In this document: piece after piece, positions 8,088-15,023 of the stretch
Numbering within the stretch: position 1 is the first letter of the stretch
Layout of the letters: each line of letters begins with the position of its first letter
Virus genome (UHGV): UHGV-0108392
DNA: 26,514 nucleotides
Direction: 5' to 3' (one strand)
Source: a virus
Made by a program: the position numbers and the translations under genes
The notes under the pieces: generated by a model
Told to the model about the DNA's origin: nothing
The model's input: the letters and a program-made list of their open reading frames with translations, nothing else
The model's database searches: none

Positions 8088-8588
8088 ATGGAAAGTAATA
8101 TCAAAGGGTTAGTTTCCGCCGGGCATGAGATGGCTTCGGAACTGAAAGCAGAATGTGGTGCCGTTGATATGCGCAGTGTGGCAAAGCTGATCAGCGATTT
8201 GGCAACGCAACTGGAAGTGCAACTGGTGCGTGCTAATGCGCTGGCCGAAGACCACCAGAAAGCGATTGAGTCAATTAAGCAGGCTGATTCGGCTGTTAAG
8301 TTGGCACACGAGAAGTTTTCAGCGCTGGCGGCGGAGAATGCTGGGCTGAAACATGCAATGGCTGTAACTCTTGAGCATGTGTCGGTCACGGATGCAGGGC
8401 AGGCTGGTGTTGCTGCAATGATTATCAACGATGCCCTACACCACAGCGAAACTCCAGCCACCGATGCTTTTCTGGCTGAAGTACGTGCGCAGGGCGTGGA
8501 GATGTTTGCGGAGTGTGCATACACACTTGAACATCATGATCACGCAGTAGCTTTTGCCGCCGAGCTACGTGAAGGAGGCAACAAGTGA
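8088..8588 (+). CDS. Hypothetical coiled-coil phage protein
   Basis: 166-aa Ala/Glu-rich ORF with RBS; no confident family assignment. Confidence 0.5.
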   Translation: MESNIKGLVSAGHEMASELKAECGAVDMRSVAKLISDLATQLEVQLVRANALAEDHQKAIESIKQADSAVKLAHEKFSALAAENAGLKHAMAVTLEHVSVTDAGQAGVAAMIINDALHHSETPATDAFLAEVRAQGVEMFAECAYTLEHHDHAVAFAAELREGGNK

Positions 8589-8884
8589 CTGTATGTCTTA
8601 TTGATAAACGTCGACGTGGGCAACAAATACCATCTGTTGAAATGCCGAATCACACATGGTTTTGCGTACTTGATATCGATGGTATGGATACGTTGATCGA
8701 CACTCGTCATTACTGCGATACCGCAACAGCTACTCCTGCAAAAGCAAAGAAAATGGCTGCTCTGATAGAAAACTGGACTCCACCTGATGGTTGGTGCAAT
8801 GGGAATGATCGAGATTGGCACGAAAAAATGAAGGGCTATATCTGCGATTTTTTACGTAAATGCAACGGATTCAGGGTGATGTGA
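8585..8884 (+). CDS. Hypothetical protein
   Basis: GTG start overlapping the upstream stop (GTGA); Cys/His/Trp-containing 99-aa product. Confidence 0.4.
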   Translation: MTVCLIDKRRRGQQIPSVEMPNHTWFCVLDIDGMDTLIDTRHYCDTATATPAKAKKMAALIENWTPPDGWCNGNDRDWHEKMKGYICDFLRKCNGFRVM

Positions 8885-8885
8885 T

Positions 8886-9284
8886 ATGACCAAAATTAAC
8901 TATCAGGCACTGCGTGAGGCGGCAGAGCGTGCAATTCCGGCAATGGAACGCCTGTTAATGTTGCCAGTTGATGATGATCTGATAAGCGAGCAGGAACTTA
9001 AAGATAGCGGTGTTGATATTGATGCGCTCAATGCCTTCAAAATTCTGGCCGGACCAGAAAGCGTGCTGGCGCTACTGGATGAACTAGAAGCTAAAAACAA
9101 ACGCATTACAGAACTGGAAGCGAGGGAAGTTCAATTACCGACTCGCTACGACCTTCGATATGGGCACCCAATAAATGCTAATAAGCGGCATGTCATGATA
9201 CCTAAAGAAAATGGCAGTTGGCTTTGCCTGATTGACTTAGAACACGCACTACGCGTCGCTGGCATTCGCATCAAAGGAGAGTGA
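8886..9284 (+). CDS. Ead/Ea22-like protein
   Basis: N-terminal INYQALREAAERA... and coiled-coil LLDELEAKNKRITELEA pattern typical of lambdoid Ea22-like proteins. Confidence 0.5.
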   Translation: MTKINYQALREAAERAIPAMERLLMLPVDDDLISEQELKDSGVDIDALNAFKILAGPESVLALLDELEAKNKRITELEAREVQLPTRYDLRYGHPINANKRHVMIPKENGSWLCLIDLEHALRVAGIRIKGE

Positions 9285-9285
9285 T

Positions 9286-9651
9286 ATGGCACTGACGAAA
9301 AAACAACGTGCAGAGCTGCGCATGAAGTTCGGCGGTCGCTGTGCTTATTGCGGCTGCGAACTTGGCGAAAAGTGGCATGCAGACCATGTAAAACCGGTCA
9401 TTCGTTTTGCTGGAAATATGCTTCACCAGGAACGTGACGATATATCCAACATGGTTCCGGCATGCCACCCATGCAATCTGCACAAGCATTGCAGCAGCCT
9501 GGAAGATTATCGGCGAATTATCAGTGATGGTCGTCGTGAATTCCTTGCGTCCGGGAAAGGCAAAGCGCTGGTTCGTATGGGATTGGTTGAAATGAAATCT
9601 GACCCGATTGTGTTCTGGTTTGAAAAATATCAAGAAGGGGCTACGGCATGA
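9286..9651 (+). CDS. HNH endonuclease
   Basis: CAYCGCEL...HADHVKP...PACHPCNLHK: HNH motif with paired Cys zinc ligands. Confidence 0.75.
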   Translation: MALTKKQRAELRMKFGGRCAYCGCELGEKWHADHVKPVIRFAGNMLHQERDDISNMVPACHPCNLHKHCSSLEDYRRIISDGRREFLASGKGKALVRMGLVEMKSDPIVFWFEKYQEGATA

Positions 9652-10037
9652 CCACTATTACCAGAGAAAACGCGGAAATTAAATCATTCATCACTGGTTT
9701 CCTGAGCGACCCGGCGCACGATAACCAATCTTCAAACAGCCTGCTTGCCAATGTGTTTCGTATTGCACTGGTATCGCTGGAAGCAAAACCAATAGGTGCA
9801 TTTCACATTGCAGAACAGCAAGTTGACGGCACAAGTGACTACATCAAGGATGGGGAGTGGCCTATTGATAATGGAATTATTGAGGTCTACGCCGCTCCAC
9901 CCGTTCCAGTAGTACCGGAAGAAAAACCAATGCCTAATCCTCTTAGCATGTACGCGGTTGATGCTGTTGCTGCTATTGCAGAGGTGAGAGGCTGGAACGC
10001 CTGCCGTGCCGCTATGCTTCAGGGAAAAGGAGAGTGA
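9648..10037 (+). CDS. Hypothetical protein; N-terminus paralogous to the next gene
   Basis: Starts MTTITRENAEIK; the next gene starts MTTITDKKQYP, and both are preceded by an identical 16-nt initiation cassette. Confidence 0.45.
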   Translation: MTTITRENAEIKSFITGFLSDPAHDNQSSNSLLANVFRIALVSLEAKPIGAFHIAEQQVDGTSDYIKDGEWPIDNGIIEVYAAPPVPVVPEEKPMPNPLSMYAVDAVAAIAEVRGWNACRAAMLQGKGE

Positions 10038-10038
10038 T

Positions 10039-10611
10039 ATGACCACTATAACCGATAAGAAACAGTATCCCAGCGATCAATATCTTAATGAGCTGATCAC
10101 CAACATGGAGTTTGCTGCAAGGGCACCAGTTGAAGTCGTGAGAGTGATGGCAGCAGAGCTACAGAAGCGGCGCGAAGCTGATAGTGCAGAACCTGTAAGC
10201 CAAACTTACAACTTGCCACAAACGCACTTTGAACAGGTTGCTGACCTTTACGAAATGCAATTTGAGGATGGACGCACTTGTGCCTTTCATACTGATGCGA
10301 AAAAGGCTGCGCAATGGCTTCAGTCATGTGACGGAAACAGGGTTCAGGAATATGTGAAGCTGGAGCGGTTGCAGAACGCGCTGTCTGGCAACTCTCCGGT
10401 AACTCAGGATGGCTGGATAAGCTGTAGTGAGCGAATGCCAAACGAAGAAGATGTTTTGGTTTATTGCTCAGACACAAAAGAGCAGATGGTAGGGTTTCAC
10501 AAAGGTAAAGGGTTATTTCAATTCTTTTACATGAATGGTGTTGAGGGGGTATGTGAGCCGTCACACTGGATGCCACTACCAGAACCGCCGCAGGAGGTTA
10601 ACCGTGGCTAA
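10039..10611 (+). CDS. DUF551-like phage protein
   Basis: C-terminal DGWISCSERMPNEEDVLVY...HWMPLPEPP pattern recalled for the DUF551 phage domain; AAGGAGAG RBS before the ATG at 10039. Confidence 0.5.
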   Translation: MTTITDKKQYPSDQYLNELITNMEFAARAPVEVVRVMAAELQKRREADSAEPVSQTYNLPQTHFEQVADLYEMQFEDGRTCAFHTDAKKAAQWLQSCDGNRVQEYVKLERLQNALSGNSPVTQDGWISCSERMPNEEDVLVYCSDTKEQMVGFHKGKGLFQFFYMNGVEGVCEPSHWMPLPEPPQEVNRG

Positions 10612-10885
10612 CCTGCAACTTGCCGTCAAAGGTGAATATTTCGACCAGATGAAGTCAGGCGAGAAAACGGAAGAGTATCGCCTGTGTAATGACTACTGGA
10701 ATAAGCGAATTATGTTCCGGGAGTATGACCGCCTGATTATCACAAAGGGATATCCGAAGCGCGACGATTCCTGCCGCAGAATTGACGTCCCGTATGACGG
10801 ATATGAAATCAAGACAATCACACATCCGCACTTCGGTGATAAACCGGTAAAGGTGTTCGCGATAAAGGTAAATATTGATGGCTAA
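10604..10885 (+). CDS. ASCH/DUF3850-like small protein
   Basis: GEYFDQMKSGEKTEEYRLCND...REYD pattern resembling ASCH-fold proteins; GTG start at 10604 preceded by CAGGAGG. Confidence 0.45.
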   Translation: MANLQLAVKGEYFDQMKSGEKTEEYRLCNDYWNKRIMFREYDRLIITKGYPKRDDSCRRIDVPYDGYEIKTITHPHFGDKPVKVFAIKVNIDG

Positions 10886-11216
10886 ATCAGCAGCAGAGCG
10901 CAAAGCCGCTCAGAGAGCCAGACAAGCTGCATCTGGTGTGCGTAAGCTGGAGATTGTGCTTGATGCTCAGGAAATTGAAATGCTGGAGCGTAACTGTGCC
11001 ACACGTCGCCCCGGGCGTGCGCCTTACGAATTTGGTGAGTATATAGCGTTACTGATCTGCCAGGATGATGCACGCGTGCGCGGGCGTATAAAATCGATCA
11101 GCAGAAAACGTTGCGGTAAGTGCGGCGAGAGAGTTCCTGTGAATTCATGCCCGTGTAATGGTGACTCGCAATGCTGGGTGACTAAAGGCTGGCATGAAAC
11201 GAAATTAATAGTGTGA
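10878..11216 (+). CDS. Hypothetical Cys-rich protein (CGKCG...CPCNGDSQC)
   Basis: ORF overlapping the upstream stop; basic N-terminus and a Cys cluster suggest a zinc-binding, possibly DNA-binding protein. Sits where a late regulator might be expected, but there is no direct evidence for that role. Confidence 0.45.
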   Translation: MAKSAAERKAAQRARQAASGVRKLEIVLDAQEIEMLERNCATRRPGRAPYEFGEYIALLICQDDARVRGRIKSISRKRCGKCGERVPVNSCPCNGDSQCWVTKGWHETKLIV

Positions 11217-11233
11217 CATGTCACGAAGGTGTT

Positions 11234-11446
11234 ATGCCAAAAATACGCTACGACCTTGAAGATATGAGAGATAACTCAGCAAATTTTCCGAAAGAGGTTA
11301 AATTTCTCATGCATAAGTATGGTTGCGCCAGGAGGGATATAGTTATCGACAGTCAGCACCCTTGCGGCGAGGATGTAATTTTCATTCGCGGTAAATGGGA
11401 AGGGTATCTTGACGAGAGTTTTTACGATGAATTTGATGGACTTTGA
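11234..11446 (+). CDS. Hypothetical small protein
   Basis: ATG at 11234 with AAGGTG RBS; the track's 11213 start lies inside the GTGACATGTCAC palindrome. Confidence 0.4.
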   Translation: MPKIRYDLEDMRDNSANFPKEVKFLMHKYGCARRDIVIDSQHPCGEDVIFIRGKWEGYLDESFYDEFDGL

Positions 11447-11520
11447 ATACTGCCGCCAACTATGGCGGCTTTATTTTGCATGGTACTATTACCACAACGG
11501 TAACTATTACCAAGGTGGTT

Positions 11521-12117
11521 ATGATGCCTGCTGAACCTAAAACCTATAAACGCAAATCAACGCAATTTAAGCCACTAACAGCAATGCAGGAGGCTTATTG
11601 CCAGTCATACATCAAAACGCCTGAAAACCAGACTCAGGCAGCGATTAACGCAGGATTCTCCCCAAATACAGCGGCAGTTAAAGCCAGTGTCATGATGCGC
11701 GATGAACGCATTCAAAAACGGATTGCCGAGTTGATGGAGGAGCGCAACAAACGAATGCGCGTCAGTGCTGATTACGTTCTCATGCGCCTGGTGGAGATCG
11801 ACCAGATGGACGTGATCGACATCCTCAACGACGATGGGAGCCTTAAACCAATCCGTGAGTGGCCGAAAATCTGGCGCACTACGCTTAGTGGCTTTGATCT
11901 GTCATCGACCATCATGAACATGAACGAGGATTCGATAGAGACAATCCTCAAAAAAATTAAATGGCCTGACAAGGTGAAGAACCTTGAGCTGATTGGTAAG
12001 CATGTTGATGTCAACGCGTTCAAAGAACGTCTGGATGTTAATGTGAATGTGACAATTGCTGATCGCATAGCAGCAGCCAGGAAGCGACTCAAAGAACGTC
12101 AGGATGGTAATCAGTGA
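11521..12117 (+). CDS. Terminase small subunit
   Basis: Immediately upstream of, and overlapping (GTGA), the large terminase gene; N-terminal region (QEAYCQSYIKTPENQTQAAINAGFSPNTAAVKASVMMRDERIQKRI) resembles terminase small-subunit HTH domains. The true start is probably ATG 11521 (AAGGTGG RBS) rather than the track's 11443. Confidence 0.6.
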   Translation: MMPAEPKTYKRKSTQFKPLTAMQEAYCQSYIKTPENQTQAAINAGFSPNTAAVKASVMMRDERIQKRIAELMEERNKRMRVSADYVLMRLVEIDQMDVIDILNDDGSLKPIREWPKIWRTTLSGFDLSSTIMNMNEDSIETILKKIKWPDKVKNLELIGKHVDVNAFKERLDVNVNVTIADRIAAARKRLKERQDGNQ

Positions 12118-13589
12118 CAGATACAGCGTTATCTCCTGAAGAGCAGTTGATCGAGGATATTGCAGGGTTCACTCACGATCCGCTTGGTTATGCCCTCTAT
12201 GCGTTCCCGTGGGGGGAAGAGGGGACTGAACTGGCACATGCCACCGGTCCACGTCAGTGGCAGGCCGATGCGTTCCGAGAGATACGTGATCACCTGCAGA
12301 ATCCAGAGACGCGCTATCAGCCGCTTATGCTGGCACGCGCTTCTGGTCACGGTATTGGTAAATCCGCATTCATCTCAATGCTGATCAACTGGGGCATGTC
12401 CACTTGCGAGGATTGTAAGGTCGTGGTGACCGCCAACACCGACAACCAGCTACGAACGAAGACTTGGCCGGAAATTATCAAGTGGTCGAACCTTGCTATC
12501 ACGAAAGACTGGTTTACCTGTACCGCTACCGCGATGTACAGCAATGATCCTGGGCACGACAAGCGGTGGCGAGCTGACGCAATCCCCTGGTCTGAGCACA
12601 ACACTGAGGCATTCGCCGGACTACACAACGAGCGCAAACGCATCATCGTGGTATTCGATGAAGCGTCGAACATTGCGGATCTGGTGTGGGAAGTTGCCGA
12701 GGGTGCGCTAACGGACGAAGACACTGAGATTATCTGGGTGGCGTTCGGAAACCCGACGCGTAATACCGGACGTTTCCGCGAATGTTTCCGCAAATATAAA
12801 CACCGCTGGAAAACTGCGCAGATTGACAGCCGGACGGTGGAAGGCACTAACAAACAGCAGTTGCAGAAATGGGTTGATGACTACGGGGAAGACAGCGACT
12901 TCGTTAAAATCCGTGTGCGCGGCATATTCCCGGATGCATCTGAATTGCAGTTTATCCCTACCGGACTTACTGACGAGGCAATGAAACGGGTGGTCACCGC
13001 TGCGCAGGTTGCACATGCTCCGGTGATAATCGGCGTTGACCCGGCATACTCAGGCGTTGATGATGCGGTGATATACCTGCGGCAGGGGCTGCACAGTAAG
13101 GTGCTGTGGACCGGCAACAAGACCACTGACGATCTGATTATGGCAAAGCGTATCGCTGACTTTGAAGACCAGTATCAGGCTGACGCGGTGTTCATCGACT
13201 TCGGTTACGGAACTGGTCTGAAGTCAATCGGTGACGGCTGGGGTCGTACATGGCAACTTGTTCCGTTCGGTGGCGCGTCTACTGACCCGCAGATGCTCAA
13301 TAAGCGCGGGGAGATGTTCAACTCATGCAAGACGTGGCTGAGGCTGGGCGGCATGCTTGATGACCAGGAAACAGCGGACGACCTGTCGGCGGCAGAGTAC
13401 AAAGTTCGAGTGGACGGTAAAATCGTTATCGAACCGAAGGAAGATATCAAGGAGCGGCTTGGGCGTTCTCCTGGTAAAGGCGATGCGCTACTGCTGACGT
13501 TTGCGTTCCCTGTGTCGAAGCGTCTGCGAATTCCCGGGCAGCAGAACCAGCAAGGCAAGGCCATCACAGATTACGATCCATATGCTTAA
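12114..13589 (+). CDS. Terminase large subunit
   Basis: Walker A-like ARASGHGIGKS, Walker B-like VVFDEASN, C-terminal nuclease-type region; 491 aa. Confidence 0.85.
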   Translation: MTDTALSPEEQLIEDIAGFTHDPLGYALYAFPWGEEGTELAHATGPRQWQADAFREIRDHLQNPETRYQPLMLARASGHGIGKSAFISMLINWGMSTCEDCKVVVTANTDNQLRTKTWPEIIKWSNLAITKDWFTCTATAMYSNDPGHDKRWRADAIPWSEHNTEAFAGLHNERKRIIVVFDEASNIADLVWEVAEGALTDEDTEIIWVAFGNPTRNTGRFRECFRKYKHRWKTAQIDSRTVEGTNKQQLQKWVDDYGEDSDFVKIRVRGIFPDASELQFIPTGLTDEAMKRVVTAAQVAHAPVIIGVDPAYSGVDDAVIYLRQGLHSKVLWTGNKTTDDLIMAKRIADFEDQYQADAVFIDFGYGTGLKSIGDGWGRTWQLVPFGGASTDPQMLNKRGEMFNSCKTWLRLGGMLDDQETADDLSAAEYKVRVDGKIVIEPKEDIKERLGRSPGKGDALLLTFAFPVSKRLRIPGQQNQQGKAITDYDPYA

Positions 13590-13639
13590 TCCGCTGGTGG
13601 GGATAATGTCGTTGATATCCTCTGATGAGGATAAAACAA

Positions 13640-13659
13640 AGCCAGCTCATCGGCTGGCT
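13640..13659. terminator. Putative bidirectional terminator hairpin between large terminase and the convergent moron gene
   Basis: AGCCAGC-TCATCG-GCTGGCT hairpin with A/T-rich flanks on both sides. Confidence 0.4.
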
Positions 13660-13679
13660 GTTTGTGACATGTCACGGTG

Positions 13680-14099
13680 TTACTTAATGGCATTAAATCC
13701 AGCGTTGATGGCTTCCGCAATATTGATGGCACTTGTTTTATCGAAGTGCCCATTCTGAATAAGCGCCGCATGCAGGCATTGTAACTTCATGTTGTATAAG
13801 TGTTCGCTCATGTAATCATGATCACTTTTTGCTTTAGCGTAAACAGCGCGAGAAATATCAAACATATCGCCTTTTTCCATTTCAGAACGTTGTGCTGTTA
13901 TCCAGTCATGGAACGTAACGCTAGTACCATGGTCTTCGCTAAGAGTTAACCCGGCCAGTCCCTCACTCTGAATTACTTCGTAATGCATTTCATTACCAGC
14001 AAAAACGCCATAAAAAACGCAGTCTTCAGCCTGAACGATACGAGAATATTTTAATGGCCATTCATTTAGATACTTAGCCAACATATCAATTGTCTTCAT
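13680..14099 (-). CDS. Hypothetical protein (139 aa), opposite-strand moron gene downstream of the tRNA
   Basis: Good RBS (AAGGTGAG), opposite orientation to the flanking packaging and structural genes, no recognisable domain. Confidence 0.5.
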   Translation of the reverse strand: MKTIDMLAKYLNEWPLKYSRIVQAEDCVFYGVFAGNEMHYEVIQSEGLAGLTLSEDHGTSVTFHDWITAQRSEMEKGDMFDISRAVYAKAKSDHDYMSEHLYNMKLQCLHAALIQNGHFDKTSAINIAEAINAGFNAIK

Positions 14100-14298
14100 A
14101 ATCTCACCTTAAAAAAATGCCCGGACGAACCGGGCGAACTGGAAGCAATGAGTTCTGCCTTCCGTGGCTGTACTGGTTTACAGCATGAAGTCATCGCAAT
14201 GGCGTCCTGCTGTAAAAAGGGCGGTGATAGTCCTTCAAGGGAAACCATCACCGCCAAGCACCTGGAACTTCTGGCATCACGGTCCTTAGGCGTGATTC

Positions 14299-14375
14299 TG
14301 GCGTGGCATGCAGGATTCGAACCTGCGACCAACCGCTTAGAAGGCGGTTGCTCTGTCCAACTGAGCTAATGCCAC
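14299..14375 (-). tRNA. tRNA-Arg (anticodon UCU), phage-encoded, CCA encoded
   Basis: Reverse complement folds by hand as a 77-nt cloverleaf: acceptor GTGGCAT/ATGCCAC, D-stem GCTC/GAGC, anticodon stem ACCGC/GCGGT with loop CTTCTAA, T-stem GCAGG/CCTGC with loop TTCGAAT, then G-CCA. Stem sequences differ from E. coli argU as recalled. Confidence 0.9.
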
Positions 14376-14697
14376 AACGCTGAGAGCACTTAGCCTGTTA
14401 AGGCGCCACACTTTGTCGCGGCTCCATAAATGCTCTCATCGTTGTACCCTCGTCTCTTCCGAGGCGTCACACCGAATCGCCGGGATGGTGAATCCCCGTG
14501 CGCGGAATAAAACCGCTCGACTTGCACATTCCGGCTACCTGGTTCGTTTGCCCGAGCAAGGGAGGGTGCCCCTTAAACGTATCCAGACCGCTATCGGCGC
14601 ATGTGCCATACGCCGTACTGCTCAAAATAAAAGCTCACTCCACCTGTTCAATTTAACGACAAGCCAGTCATGTTAGTAACCGGAATGAACTCTTTGG

Positions 14698-14712
14698 TTA
14701 CCTCAAAGGTAA
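14698..14712. promoter_or_regulatory. Perfect operator palindrome TTACCTCAAAGGTAA upstream of the structural-gene module
   Basis: Same 15-bp palindrome as at the early promoters; a perfect TTGACA lies on the minus strand at 14734-14729 next to it. Confidence 0.4.
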
Positions 14713-14802
14713 TAATTCGCGCATTAAATGTCAACTGCCTACGATAAATAAATCATATGTGGTTAAATTGGTAATAATTTAATTGCGTACGGAGTCATTG
14801 AT

Positions 14803-15009
14803 ATGTGCATGGGTAGCTCACCATCAGTGCCTGCAACACCAGAAGTTCAGGCAGCACCACAGGAGCAGGATGCCGCCGTTGTTGATGCCCGCGACGAAGA
14901 AACTCGTCGCCGTCGCGCTGCTGCTAGTCGTAGTTCTACGCTGCTTACCGGTTCTCAGGGCGACACATCAACCGCTAAGACCAGCGGTAAAACGCTGCTT
15001 GGTCAGTAA
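14803..15009 (+). CDS. Hypothetical small Ala/Arg-rich protein preceding the portal gene
   Basis: ATG with a GGAG RBS; its initiation region CGGAGTCATTGA-ATG is near-identical to that of the portal gene. Confidence 0.4.
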   Translation: MCMGSSPSVPATPEVQAAPQEQDAAVVDARDEETRRRRAAASRSSTLLTGSQGDTSTAKTSGKTLLGQ

Positions 15010-15023
15010 CCGGAGTCATTGAA

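Noticed and set aside
7823-8524. 233-aa minus-strand ORF antisense to the DUF1064 and coiled-coil genes
   Set aside because: Low-complexity Ala/Ser-rich translation with no RBS, fully overlapped by better plus-strand genes with clear starts; typical antisense shadow ORF. The same applies to 10097-10576, 12347-12853, 15840-16577, 17128-17709, 19236-19715, 19883-20443 and 20248-20952 on the minus strand.
11443-11520. 5' extension of the small terminase ORF (track start 11443)
   Set aside because: No RBS at 11443; the in-frame ATG at 11521 has an AAGGTGG RBS, and the upstream stretch holds direct repeats that look regulatory.
14299-14375. tRNA-Arg as a prophage attachment site (host argU)
   Set aside because: The tRNA is embedded between terminase and portal, far from the integrase; its acceptor and anticodon stems differ from E. 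coli argU as recalled, and no integrase is adjacent. Interpreted as phage-encoded.
14413-14676. 87-aa plus-strand ORF in the tRNA-proximal non-coding region
   Set aside because: Highly basic, low-complexity, no RBS, in a GC-rich region that is more likely leader or regulatory RNA.
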